Assembly: GCA_964270895.1 (NCBI GenBank)
Contig: OZ185443.1
DNA: 64,000 bases
Direction: 5' to 3' (one strand)
Origin: Podarcis filfolensis
Lineage: Eukaryota
In this document: one piece after another, positions 1 to 13,777 of the stretch
How the letters are laid out: each line of letters starts with the position of its first letter
Position numbering within the stretch: the stretch's first letter is position 1
The notes under the pieces: model-generated
Database searches by the model: none
What the model was told of the DNA's origin: nothing
The model's input: the letters and a program-made list of their open reading frames with translations, nothing else
Program-made: the position numbers and the translations under genes

Positions 1-142
1 GTTCTTTAAAAGTAAGCTTTTCTGCTGCCCATGATTCCCTAAAACAAATTACCGGTATATCATAGCAAAGAAATGGTATTCAGCTTTAACTAGTTATGAT
101 AACTGCTATGGATTTCCTCTAAACAAAAAGTAATATTTTTAA

Positions 143-412
<270 letters not shown>

Positions 413-1148
413 TGATTCAAATGTGTGAAAAGAAAATAAGATTATTAAACCCCAGTATTTAGTCCCATTTGCAACTTGCATTGCTCTGTGTGTGTTGCCC
501 TTCATGTCCAGCTAAGCATTGAGAGTTATATGGGGAGATGAACAAGTCCCATTCTCAGATTTTTCTTGCAAACAAAATGCTTTGGGCAACATGACTACCA
601 AATTTCATCCTTCTAGCGAATGTTGATTAATTCTAGAGTTCATGTTCCCTCTTTTAAAGGAAGTCCGCATTACTGTTCAGCATCTTCTAGTCCCCTGGAG
701 TGTTTTGGGTTAGGGTTACTTGTGACTAAATTTCAGGTTATTATTTTTTGTGTTAATATTTTATGGAAAAAGAGAAGAAGAAAAGAAAAAGAAAAAAACA
801 ATATATAAATATTTACAGGGTGGAAAATCAGGTTTCTTGATTCTGTGGGGGTACATTTCAAGAGCGAAATACACATTACAGGTTGGATCCAAAGTGTTGC
901 TCCAAATGTCCTAAATCCTCAGAAGTGGCTTTTTGAGGGTTCAGAATACAGCAGCAGAAAGCAGGCATGGAGAAAGCCCCTTCCCATGAGCTGAGCCCCA
1001 TTTGCAATTGTTAAGACCCTAACCCAATATTTCTGATCATAAAACGTGGAGTTGCTTGCATAGATTTTAAATGGCTTTGTTTTTCAAAATGGCAGAGTTA
1101 TGCAAGCACCTTAACACTGTCCTCCCTTTTCTGTGTCCTTCCCCACAG

Positions 1149-1282
1149 GAGGTGCTTCGCGAGCATCCAGCCACAGTGCATCTAGTACCGTGAGTCGGAG
1201 AAGTGAAAGACCCGTTTATGACTCATCCAGTGGTGCCCTGCAGCGATTGAAACCCGCTAGTATTCGTGCTGCCTGGCTCTAA
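1149..1282 (+). CDS. CFAP97: CFAP97 last coding exon
   Basis: pyrimidine tract + CAG 1146-1148; phase-1 join gives R-GASRASSHSASSTVSRRSERPVYDSSSGALQRLKPASIRAAWL then TAA 1280-1282. Confidence 0.92.
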
Positions 1283-1667
1283 GTTATTTGCACTTTGCCA
1301 CCAGATTATTAATTCTGATGTATTTGCAGGTTGCTGTAAAGTCTGTGCAAGAGTATTGTAATATTCACTGTTGGTGATTAAAGGACACTGGAAAGTGATA
1401 TTAACTACAAACAGATACAACACTGATTATTATTATTGTTGTTGTTTTTTGAGCAAGCAAGATCCTTACTATATGTGTTGGATAATATCTTCCCAATCAG
1501 TATTTCTGCTAATGATATATTTGTATAAGAAAAGTGGCACTGTAATTCTTATTTATGTTCTTCAGTCACAACTGAAGTTCAGATGTGAAGAGTAGAGGGT
1601 GGACTTGTAGCACTTTTGGACCAGTGTAAAAGTGTAAAAAAAAAATGCATTTCATTTTTCATTGTAC

Positions 1668-1673
1668 AATAAA
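1668..1673 (+). terminator. candidate CFAP97 polyadenylation signal (AATAAA)
   Basis: AATAAA about 390 nt after the stop with U/GU-rich sequence downstream; another AATAAA at 3366-3371 could serve a longer UTR. Confidence 0.5.
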
Positions 1674-4600
1674 CATTTGCATTGGATTAGTTGCTCAGTC
1701 TTTTGTTTCTTACAGTGTATCTGCTGTTTTTAATTTAGCACAGTCAGTTTATGCAGTCTTCAAGGAGAATTACATCGCTGGTGTTCAGTATAATTATTTA
1801 TGAGGTCTTGTGGAAATGGTAGAGTGACAATATGCAGTACAATTCAACTCCGTTTCTTTCTGGTGATTCTTGAAATGGTTCTGTTTGGCTGAGTGCTTTC
1901 AGATGAGCTTATGCTTTGCTGCTGCTTCCGTGTCACATTCCAAGAATGATTTTTGATCAGGTCTCCATGCTTAATACTGATATATGTTATCTTTAAATGT
2001 TTTAATATTACATATATCCAGTAGCAGTCAGAATGGAGGGATGGGGGTGCTTACATGACCCTCCCCTTGCGTTGCTGTGCCCTTACCAGGAGGAGCAAGA
2101 TAAAGGCGTATCTGATGCGGTGTGAACATGCTGGCAGGAGCACCAGATGTGTTTGCACCCCATAGGTCATCTTGCTTCTCTGCCTCTTCATAAGGTGCAA
2201 CCATGCTGGTGACGGGAGGTAAGCACCACCAACCTTCTATGCTGACCCTTACTACTTGTAACTTAAGCAGTACATTTGGTTTTATCCATTGTCTCCCGTT
2301 AAAGCTTGGCAAACCTTTTGTTAATTAAACGAAGCTCTCCTTTTTGTGGATTAAACTCAATTTTGACAGTGATTTTAATGTCTTAAGCAGTAAACATTTA
2401 GACAGTGATGTGGAAAAGAGTAGCCTCTGTGAACTAAAGCTCTCTTATTGACCTTGCAACGTAACTAACGTTTTGATAGCTCTGCCAGTGTGAAGTATAT
2501 GCACAATTATGCTGATTGAATGGTTCTTTATGTAGAGTTTGACTGTTTCTTGAATGAAGTACAAATGAGCAAGCCATCTTCTGGTTGCACTGTTGTTGTT
2601 TTTTTAAAAACTACTAAGCACTTTTAAACCTTTCCGTGACTTTTTTCTCTTCATAGAAAGCACAGTGTGCTAGCGTTAAACTGTATCATCTTAAATGTTT
2701 TACTTGATTGATTATGGAAGACATGAAACTTGTATGTCACTCTTTTTAAAGCTTTAAGTAAAGGATTAATTGAATTACATCTGTGTTCAGCATTGTACTT
2801 CCTTTCTGTGAATATTTTATCCAGATATAAACAAGATGAGGTAAATTTGGAGCTTAAGTTTAGTAAGTCTGTCGTAGAGTCAAATTCCCTTCCTTCTTCT
2901 AATTAAAGTTCTGTCTGTACTGATTGCCAACTCTAGCACTCCGTAGCGATTTCCCATTATTCTTTGATATAGGAAATAATGTTCCCACCTGAAACACAAG
3001 TTCTATTGATGGTGTATTTTCTGGGTAGCTTTCTGGTTTGTTTGGAGTATGGTAAGCCCACAACTTGGACACATTTAACTTAACATGCAGATTTATGCTC
3101 ATGGCAAAAAATTGAAAGGTTGCAGGGTTCCAGGAAAAATGACTTTGTTAATCCCCACCTGCCACTGAACCCAGTGACTTTTGATGTGATTTTGGCTTTA
3201 GTTGCGATCCCCGGAACTTAAACCCCATGTAATTTACAGGCCTACTGTAGATTCTTGCTAGTATCAGAGAGTTGCCTCGCACAGTGTGAAGGAGCAAACA
3301 CTACATTAACCACACAATATGTATGTGCTACAGAGAACCATAGCCTATCTCAGCTCTTTAGTATAAATAAAGCTGTGTCAGTTATACACAAGCTATTTAT
3401 GTGTGTGCAGAAAACACTTGATTTTAGTGTACATAATTCAGTGCATGGAAAGCCCCCCTGAGAAACTATAGTTGTTATCCTATGCAGATTTTGGAGCTTC
3501 ACAGAAGAGTTAAACATGATTTGATGTATAAGCAGGAAAGGTTTAATCAAGGATTCAGAGGTAACTTAGGTTAGTGTACAGCACACGTTCATTTTCACAA
3601 ATACCTCCTTGCTGGATTTGACTGAATAGCTAGCTAGTTTGCCATACTGTGGGAAAGACCACTTGCAAGGCATAGCTGTAATAATCCTATCCTGCTGATT
3701 ATGTCAAGCATCTGCTAAGATGAGAGAGTCTCATATATTGAGTATTAACGAGAGGGCCCCAAAGTCCTGGTATAAGGCACCTTTTTATGTTCTTAAAAGT
3801 GTATTGTTCTGTGTATATTGGGTGCTTTCTGTTCTGTTAGCTTGAAGCAAGCGGTGATCAGCTTGGAGGCAGAAACTGGTGTCTATGTGTTCTGCTCCTT
3901 TTGCCCACAAAGCAAGTTCTGTTTACATGTCTCACATAATATATGAGATGTCATTTACTTGCACAGCATCCAAGAGTGTAGTCTTGACATTCTCCCATCA
4001 CTTCATTGGCTTGTTTGCTGTTCATTTCTGCAGTACCGGTACAGTATAGACATTTTCCCTGAAGTTCTGGTTAGTATCTTCTGCTAATTAAGGGCATCAG
4101 CAGTTTCCATGAAGAGGGTTAGAAATAATTGCCTGTTTGATGTATTTGCAGTCTAAAGTGCTTTGCCTGTAACTTTAGCTGGAAGCAAGATAATTATATT
4201 TCTGCTTCTGGAAAGACACCCAAGAACACCGTCTCCTTTTCGGAAGGAACAATAGTAGTGATAAACATTTGCAGAGATAAAAGCTGATATCAGTTTGCTC
4301 AGGGAAAGCAATGCCTACCTGTTTTGTTATATGACCCATATGTATGTATGTATGTTTTACAGTTCTACCCCCACTCTTCTAAAGAGCTCAGAGCAGCTTA
4401 ATGTGGTTTCTTGACAGCTTCTCATTCATGTAGCTTAAGGGTCAAACTAGCTTCAAAAGTTGTAACGGTATGCTCATTTTCAGACCATTTGCTGGCAGGC
4501 TGTGCAACAAAACGAGTACACAACACTGCTTTTAGCTAGATTTCCCCCCCCCCCAACTTCAAGCTGCAGGATTTAAAGGGTAGATAGGTAGATATGTTCA

Positions 4601-6511
4601 TTCTAAAATAGGCCTTGTGCTAGATTTACGCATGTAGTAGAATCCCAACCTTCGGTTGCTAGTACTAGTTTTCTTATTGTAAGGTTTTTTTTAAAAAAAA
4701 AATAGGAAGCACAGAAAGACAGCTTCACCTACCTTCCAATGGTAATACAGTCACTATGACTTCAAAATTCTAGCTTTACATACATCAGCTTTGCAAAACT
4801 CTCTTTGCATCCATCAGTAACTAACTCCTAGTGTCTTGTACAAATTTTTATTAATGACACAATTTAGCAGCTGGCCATAGTTAAGCATGTTTAAGGCCCA
4901 TTGACATTTGTAGGTTAGTCAAACGTGTCTTGCTCTTGCTGACTAGTTCTCATAAGTGCTTAACTTTGACAATTGGGTCCATGAGATGAGGTGAAGCAAC
5001 CGCCACCAGGGCAGCAGATCTTGATGTCAATCTTTCTTTTTTCCCACCACCCTCGTTCCTGATGCAGATCTTCCTGACCCCCTTCTTCACAAGCAAGGAT
5101 GGTGGGGTGGCTCCATTTTGGGGTCTGACTCGGGTGCCAAAATGTATTGGGCCAGCACTGAGCCAAATAACAAACCTGTGTAAAATGAGAACAGTATCCA
5201 CATTTTTCTTGCCAAGGTAACGCCTGGGCCACAGTGACTTGGAAAAATGAAGGCTCACTTTCATTTAGAAGTTTTCAATGCTGGGTTGCAGATTTGAAAT
5301 CTCCTCCCTTCTAATAATGTCCACAGCTCCTAATTAGCAGAGAGCCTTTCTAATTTGAAATCAGGGAAGGATTGCCAGAAACTAGGACAGCTGAAAGCTG
5401 TGCATCAGCATAATAGGGTGCTTCATAATTTGCTCCTTTCTTGTTTTAGGCTAAAGTGTGCTGTACATGGCTATTATGAGGCCTCTGGAGGCACTTAATT
5501 TAGCAGAATGCTCTTAAGCTTGTCTTCAATCAGTGTATCGCTCAGAATTAACAAACATCTTGATGATTATGATGCTGGAAAATGCATGAAAGAGGCCAAG
5601 GATTGAGGATGGTGGCATTTCAAGAGATTTAGTGGACTCAACCTAGAAATCTTATTCGGATAAAATACTCAAATGTCAGATAGCAAAAAAGGCACAGGGA
5701 ACTTTGATTTTTTTTTTTTTTACTTGAATGGCAATTCTCTATACTGTACAAGAACTTTCTGAATTATGCCTAGAGTTGTTGGCTACTGTGAGGTGTCATT
5801 TTTTTGCTTTCAAGCACATATAATGTCTGTGGCTTACAGTGACAGTAGAAAACCTCTAATAATTTGTGAAGAAGGAAGCTGAGGGTTGAAATGGAGGTGG
5901 ATGGTTGGCATGTTCTTCCATTTCTAACAAAGGATTTCTTGATACTTTTGCCTGTGTAGGAAACAAACAACAGCTGTAGCAGCCCTTTCATAAATATGAG
6001 ATTTTACTGCCTCAGTTCCAAGCTAATCTCCAGGTAGCAAATGCAATTACTGCATTTACTACAGGAAGCACACTGCTCTGTTAACTTACACATTGCCAAA
6101 TGGCAACACATCATTTGTACAACTCTCATAATAGGATTGTTTTGCCGTCTGGATGCACGATTAGCAGTCTGCCCTTGTGATTTTAAGACTTTCTCTGAAC
6201 AGGAAACATTCCCTCTTACCCCAGCACCTGTAGTTGGCAGCCTTCAGAGGCCTCTGTCTGGCAGCAGAGCAAGCAAGGGTAGGAGCAAAACCAACCCCAA
6301 CTGGGCTGTCCAATTCATGATGCAATGCTGCTTCAAGATTCTCTTGCCATGTCTTTTTAGAGATCTTTTCCCAGCTGTTGTTTGGTATGGAACCAATAAC
6401 CGTTTGTCAGGACTACCAAAAATATCCTAGGATAACTGCTTATAAACAAAACATATTTATAATAGGCTGGTACAAGTAAAGCTCCACTTTGTGTATTGTG
6501 GGAGCCTTTGA

Positions 6512-6776
6512 GAGCCAGTGTGGTGTAATGGTTAAGAGTGGTAGACTCGTAATCTGGTGAACCAGGTTTGCGTCTCTGCTCCTCCACATGCAGCTGCTGG
6601 GTGACCTTGAGCTAATCACACTTCTTTGAAGTCTCAGCCCCACTCACCTCACAGAGTGTTTGTTGTGGGGGAGGAAGGGAAAGGAGAATGTTAGCTGCTT
6701 TGAGACTCCTTCGGGTAGTGATAAAGCAGGGTATCAAATCCAAACTCTTCTTCTTCTTCTTCTTCTTCTTCTTCTT
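6512..6776 (+). mobile_element. tRNA-derived CORE-type SINE with (CTT)n tail (Squam3-like)
   Basis: box-A-like TGGTGTAATGG head, MIR-like core, (CTT)10 tail at 6747-6776, CTTTGA repeated at both flanks; homologous copy at 60176-60416. Confidence 0.8.
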
Positions 6777-7000
6777 TGAAGCTGCCCGGGGTGGGGTGGG
6801 GTAACACTCCTAAACATGGGAACTCTGAAGGCATGGATTGGGCTAGTACAGAAAATGCATGCTGAGAATGCCCTGTGACTATCATGTGGTGAATGCTTTG
6901 GGACAGATTTTATGGACCAAAAAAGGGCTATTATGTGGTGGCGACCATTATGCGGTGAAATATGGTACTAGCCAAAATGGCTCTGTTCTGCCTCCACTGT

Positions 7001-7150
7001 TGGAGGCAGTATGCTCCTGAATGCTGGGAATCACAAGTGGGGAGGTTGGTGCTGTGCTCAGATCCTGCTTTTTGGCTTCCCGTGGGCATCAGGTGGCCTC
7101 TGTGAGAACAGGATGCTGGACCAGGTGGGCCATTGGCAGGCTCTTCTGTT
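7001..7150 (+). mobile_element. old L2/CR1-type 3'-end (LF-SINE-like tail) fragment
   Basis: GTGAGAACAGGATGCTGGAC...GGCAGGCTCTT motif also seen diverged at about 31395-31518. Confidence 0.4.
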
Positions 7151-7730
7151 TTCTTCCTCTAAGCTCCCTCTGCTCCAGCATCTTCCATCTCACATCAAAT
7201 TTGGCCAAAATGGCCTTTGGAAGAGCATCGTGGAAGCCCTGGTACCATTTTTAATCGCAGAAGATGTGGGTGAATTAGGCACGTGCTGCATGTATAAACA
7301 GTTGTGTTTAATATTTTTGTAAAAAAAAGGGGGGGTCTTTTTAAAAAAGGTTGGAGGTTTTTTGGCACTTTGATATACCTTGGGGCTTGGACAAGCCTGC
7401 TGAGACCTTTTTCTTGTGTACGGATGGAGCTCCTCTTGCTATATAATTATCAAGGTTCTAGCCTGAATCACAGGCATAGAGGGAATGACAAGAAACTGAT
7501 CCCAATACATTTATGCTAAGCAATTTGAACCAGAACTGCAGGCCACAAAGTGCTAATCTATAATCCACTGTGGCAGGAGTTAAAAATAGTCTGTTGCTGA
7601 TTAATTTTCCATCAGCTTCAAGATGCTGCTTCCGCTTCCTATAATTACAAAAGCAAAATAAAAACAACACTTGACAATGACCTTACAGGGCACTGCACCA
7701 AAAGTGTCACAGGTAAGATTCCTCTTTAGC

Positions 7731-7920
7731 CATGGGTAGGCAAACTAAGGCCCAGGGGCTGGATCCGGACCAATTGCCTTCTAAATCCGGCCCGCAGACT
7801 GTCCAGGAATCAGCGTGTTTTTACATGAGTAGAATGTGTGCTTTTATTTAAAATGCATCTCTGGGTTATTTGTGGGGCATAGGAATTCATCAGTGGACTG
7901 GCCCCCTGCTGAAAAAGCTT
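7731..7920 (-). mobile_element. hAT-type MITE, internally deleted copy
   Basis: starts with CATGGGTAGGCAAACT terminal repeat; reverse complement of the copy at 61355-61603, other end degraded. Confidence 0.75.
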
Positions 7921-9312
7921 GATTGCTAGATTGTTACATGTGTCATGGTACGCAAGTATAATAAATGGCCCGTCGTATTTGATGATAGTATGCTGCCACA
8001 TGTTTAACAAATACATTAAAAACACAAGACGATTTTGTTCTTAGTGCAGAAATAAATGGAATTGCAGTGTTTATCTGGTTCATTATAGCATGTGTAATAG
8101 TGGTTGGGGGGCCACATTCACCTTTGACCCAACCCTCTAGTGGGCCACATGCCATTTCGGGTGTGTTATGGTGCAGTATCCCCTTACCTCAACATATACT
8201 CTCACGTGTGTATATGCAGATTGTAGGATAGGAGATAGTGAACTGCCCTATTCATAACTGACCTAAGATCTTTCACCATTGGCTTCTATGTGTCTAATCG
8301 GAATAAGGAGGATATCACAAGTGCTTTAGGCTGCAATGCTATAGCTAGTAACTGTTGAATGAATGCACTAAATTCAGTGGGACTTACTTCAGACAAGGCA
8401 TGTATCCTGCAAGTCTCTTTTTTAAAGAAAGTTATTTTCCTTTGCTTTCCAGTAATTATTTGATCAGGGCATTTAAGATCAGGTTGCTTTTCTTAAAAAA
8501 GTTTTCTTCCTCACTTCCCCCATTTTCTTGTTCTTCATATATTAAATTTGAGACAAATCTATAGCTGCCTATTACGGTTTCCATGAACTTTCCCCTTAAA
8601 GTAGTTGAAAGCTGTTTCAAAAATATTTTTATTTATTTGATGTCTATTTTGTTCTTACATGCATTCCCTCTCTTCTACCTATGCCTTCTTCTCAGAATTG
8701 TTGATTATTTTCCAGCTTCATAAAAAGTACCTACTGGGATTCTCATATTCCTGCCTGCCCTCATTTGAGCCTGTCTGGTTTTCTTGTGAGAACAGGTCCG
8801 TTCTAGCTATACAGGTATGACAACACCTGCCCACACTTAATCTTCACCCACAAACTTCCAGTAAGTGCGAAGGGAGGACAGAAGCTAAAACTAAAACCTT
8901 TTTTTATAAAAAAAATGTATATATGCTATCTTCTGCAGCAATTACACCAATGATTAAGCACAAGAGATAAAACTTGAATAATTCATGTTACACAATTTTA
9001 AACCGCAAAAAGTGATTGCCTGATTTTAATCCAGAGAAATTACACACAGAAATCCATTGAAATTATGCTTCACTTTCTGTAGTTTGTTTATTTAAAGCAC
9101 TTGGGCTTCATCCCTGTATGACTGTACTTCCCATGACATATTTTTGGCAGTGTTTGACATACACAGGTCAGAACCATTCACATGGTTGTAGTTTTGTGGG
9201 TGGCACAAATGCAAGGTAACATGCCCATGTTTTCCACAGTCTTTGAAGCTACCTTTATTTAGTATGTGCCATGCAGGAAAAGAAAATTGGCGGAGCTTTG
9301 ATTTAAATAGTA

Positions 9313-9318
9313 TTTATT
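9313..9318 (-). terminator. candidate SLC25A4 polyadenylation signal
   Basis: TTTATT on + (AATAAA on -) about 320 nt past the stop; second at 9254-9259. Confidence 0.45.
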
Positions 9319-9640
9319 GAATTCACATTTCTAGTTATCTGAATACTGTGTAACTTGCCGCCTTCAGGAAACGCACTTAAATATAGGAATATATTAATGG
9401 ATCTTTGTCAAATATATTTATATATACAGGTGCCTCTTTAGTTTTTCCATACAAAAGAGTTTGGCTGTAATCTAATGAACAAACCATCGATCTATCTTAC
9501 AATGCTGCAACCTGGTCTCTGAATTGGATTTAACCCACGAAAGCCATCTCTATTTCCCTAGGAAATACTTTGTTGCCCGTTAAACCACATGTAGGTACCT
9601 TACAAAAGAGAACTTTCATTTGAATCAAGCCATTTGAGTC

Positions 9641-9832
<192 letters not shown>

Positions 9833-10327
9833 TTACATTACCTGGAGAAAAAGACCATCGCAATACTGCCATAATTCCCCACCCCTCCCAAGACCTGGAA
9901 TGCAGTTCTCTGCTCTTTACTTGCTTCAGAAGGAGGACAATGAAACTATAATTTCACCAGCAGCACCACAAAGAAACCACATTCAAATTTGTCACCACAT
10001 TCTGGGAGTGAAAGAACCTTCCTCCCTTTGGTTTGTATACATGCATACTAAAACCCAGTACTATAAAACAGGACAAATGTAGATAAATATAACTTGCCCA
10101 AAGACTGCAGAACCGAAATAGCACTGTGCTATTAATGCACTTTACTACAAAATGTAAACATACACCAAACAGAAAAGCTGTAATATAAAATCAAATGGCA
10201 TTGCTCAAGGAAACTGCGTCAATAATAATAATTATTACGGTCAATTGCACCCGTGTCTCTGTTTCAATCTAACCTCTTAAGGAAAAGTACTTGGTTTTTA
10301 AGGCTTCTAGCTTCCCTTGAGCATTTA

Positions 10328-10639
<312 letters not shown>

Positions 10640-10721
10640 TTAATCAGTTCTACCTCAAGCAAGACCAATCATGCCAGTTAAGTTTTGTTTTATACCCAAT
10701 CAATCCAAGTCACATGATAGA

Positions 10722-10794
10722 GATTCCTGCATTGCAGGGGGTTGGACTAGATGACCCTTGGGTCCCTTCCAACTCTTAAAATTCTATTATTCTA
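10722..10794 (+). mobile_element. CR1-type 3' tail fragment
   Basis: GCAGGGGGTTGGACTAGATGACC...CCTTCCAACTC...ATTCTA ending; related copies at 44765, 54796, 55297. Confidence 0.7.
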
Positions 10795-11685
10795 GACGTC
10801 AGCAGCTGCAGCAGAATTCCAAGGCGAGTCATTTTGCATGCTGCTTTGGGAAGACGTACATATACACAGATGCTGTTGTGTTTTTATAGCTTTACCAGAT
10901 AGTAAGTGCATTCACACAATCAATTAGCATCCTAGCCTTCCTCCAACAAGTTCAGGTGGCAAACATGGGGCTATCTCACTTTATCCTAACAGCCCCATGA
11001 AATTAGGCCACTCCCAACGTCTCACTTGGTATACTTCAGGAATTTAAGCCCACATATTCACAGTTCAAATCCAGCACTCAAACTATTACACTACAATGAC
11101 ACTTTTGGGGAATTGCTTCTACTGCCAGAACTTAACAACAGAGTAGGAACCTAAGGAAAGGTATTTTTTTTACTAGGTGGGAATATTTAGCTTCATGTCT
11201 AGAATATCCATATGTACTAACCTCTTGGCCAGTTGGGCAAATATTAAGAGATGATTGGTTGAAGGAGACTAAGAGCCTTGTATGATGAGAGTCACAACAA
11301 GGGTAGGATAGGTATCTGAGTAATGGGGCATGGGAAGGGCAATTAAAAGAGCCTTACTAATCAGTGCATGGCCCTATGAAGTTAACTCATAACTACATAT
11401 AATACAAATTATACCCATTATAAATATTTGAAAATACTTGGATGAGGAGGTGGACATTTAAGAACTGCCCTGTTTTCTTTCTTTCCAAGAAAAGGGAGAA
11501 AGATGAAGCACACTCCAAACCTGTCTTAACTAGAAATACTTACCAACCTATTGAAGCAAGAAGAACCCTCTTTTGGGAGCATGTTTAAATATTTCATATT
11601 CTACATTCAGGGAAAACGCTATAACTCATAGAATCTAGGCTGTGTTTTGCTACTCGACTAACATCAAGTGGCTTCCCTTTCTTAC

Positions 11686-12172
11686 CCTTAGCTGTATCAT
11701 AGACGCCAAAATACGCTGCTCTGTAGATGATGATGCCCTGGACTGAAACATTGAATCCCAAGTAGAGACCCTTCAGGCCATCAGATTTGTAGATTTTGGC
11801 AATACAGTTGCCCAGCCCAGTGAACTGCCTTTCGCTCGCCCCTTTGCCCACATCAGCAGCTAGCCTGGTCCTGGCAAAATCCAGCGGGTAAACGAAGCAG
11901 AGAGAAGTTGCTCCTGCAGCACCCCCAGAGGCCAAGTTGCCGGCAAAGTAACGCCAGAACTGCTTGTGCCTGTCCACACCCCCAAGGAAGATCTGCTTGT
12001 ACTTGTCCTTGAAGGCAAAGTTGAGGGCCTGGGTGGGGAAGTACCGGATGACATTGGCCAAGTTGCCTCTCCAGAAGGAAATGATGCCCTGCTCCTTGGG
12101 GATCCGTATTACACAGTCCATGATCCCCTTGTACTGCTTATCAGCTGTGATCTGTTGGCTGGCATGCTGGAC
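11686..12172 (-). CDS. SLC25A4: ADP/ATP translocase 1, exon 2
   Basis: CAG acceptor, GTAAG donor; 487 nt; [59 protein letters not shown]...YFGVYDTAK. Confidence 0.97.
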
Positions 12173-12225
12173 CTGTTAAAGGAAGAAAAGGGATGGGAAG
12201 AAAGAGAGATGGAGAGAGGGAGGTG

Positions 12226-12281
12226 GGAAGGAAGGAAGGAAGGAAGGAAGGAAGGAAGGAAGGAAGGAAGGAAGGAAGGAA
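12226..12281. repeat. (GGAA)n microsatellite
   Basis: about 14 units at the 3' end of SLC25A4 intron 1. Confidence 0.95.
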
Positions 12282-13417
12282 AATCATTGTGGCACATTAT
12301 ACACAACCTCTCAATTGGAAGAAATAGCCAATCCTATCTTTGCACCTGCCGCTTTATCTTTGATTACTGTTTGGTGCCAAAGTTGGCCATCCGCTTGAGA
12401 TTAGCATCACTTGCTACAACACCAGGGCATAACAGCTGCACATAATGTGTAACTATAATAACTTACTTGACCATTAGAAATGGAAAGTGGAAGAACTGTA
12501 GTTGCTCCTCCTTCCAATCAAACAATTAAACCCCCCCCATACCCCCATATGAAGTTCTTGATAGGCTATGGACTAGCTTGATTTTCTCTATTATGCACAC
12601 ACTTTCTTTTTTAAAAAAACCATGGTGATTAGGTAGCATATGCAATATTAAATGGAGACTGGCTACATATGCAAGAAGTCATTCTTCCGTTTATACGGCC
12701 CTCCCGAGAGTTCATGTCCTTCAGCTGACCTCCAGTTAGCTATCAAGCTACTGATCCTAGTAGCAAATAGCACTTTCCCCCCAGATTGGTTCAAACGAAG
12801 GAAGTTTCCCTGACACATATATGGTACAAAACACCATTCCTTTCACAAAAGTTTTTTGGTGTATTTTTTTTACAAGTCATTGGACTTAATGGCCATCTGC
12901 CATATACATGCAAGCACACACTGAAAAGAAAAGAATAAAACACCAAAGATTTCAAGGCATTTCCCCCAATGCTCAGCACACTTGCAGATCTGTGCTATAA
13001 ACAGAGCCAAGGAAAAAAGAGCTGCGCTGGTCTTGTGTAATCAGAACTGCACAACTGGAGTTTCCATATTTAGTCACTTCAAGCTCTAGCCCATCTGACA
13101 GTAGAATTCCTGCTCCACTCCTGAGTCACAGGAAGATCCTTTCCTTAGAGATACAGCCGAGCAACAGCTCTTGAGGGCAGGAAACTTAAGGCATCGCCAT
13201 CACCAAACCATCACCACTTCTAACAAAGGACATATGAATTTCTAAGCCAAAAAACAACAACTTGTTGTCCTTGTTAATCTGGAAAGAACGTCCCTGCCAA
13301 TTACTTTTAGGTCCACAGAACGATGCAACCTTTCCAGGAACAGGTGCGGGTTGACTTTTTGGGCAGCTTATTTTGTGCACGCGCAAGCACACCACTTTAG
13401 AAAACCAACCTCCTTAC

Positions 13418-13528
13418 CTGTAGCAGCAGTTTCACTCTTTCAATAGGTGCTACGGCAGTTTTGGAAATGGCAGCAGCAATCCCACCAGCCAAGAAGTCCT
13501 TAAGGAAACTGAGAGCTTGGTCAGACAT
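13418..13528 (-). CDS. SLC25A4: ADP/ATP translocase 1, exon 1
   Basis: ATG 13528-13526, [42 protein letters not shown] donor; identity as SLC25A4 rather than a paralog rests mainly on synteny with CFAP97 and HELT. Confidence 0.95.
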
Positions 13529-13703
13529 GATGGAGGCAAGTCAGAGCGACACACCAATCGCCCCCTCCTCTTTTCTTCCTTTTATTATTTGTTTTCTTTT
13601 TGGCTAATGGAGGAGCTGTCCACAGGCACCTCCCCACCCAGCTGCGCCCCCCCAACCTAAAGCACCCGCGTTCCAAATGGACGGACCCTTACCCCTTTTT
13701 CAG

Positions 13704-13713
13704 CTATTTATAG
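13704..13713 (-). promoter_or_regulatory. TATA box (TATAAA 13707-13712) overlapping a MEF2 consensus
   Basis: minus strand reads CTATAAATAG, about 180 nt upstream of the ATG. Confidence 0.75.
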
Positions 13714-13772
13714 CTCCCCCCTGGGTCTCGCGATAGCCGGAGGGGGCCGGCCGGGGGCCGTTCCGCGCGCAC

Positions 13773-13777
13773 ATTGG
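13773..13777 (-). promoter_or_regulatory. CCAAT box
   Basis: minus strand CAGCCAATGT about 60 nt upstream of the TATA box. Confidence 0.65.

Noticed and set aside
2028-5264. Short ORFs downstream of CFAP97
   Set aside because: No homology recognised, no splice-consistent structure; likely UTR or intergenic DNA
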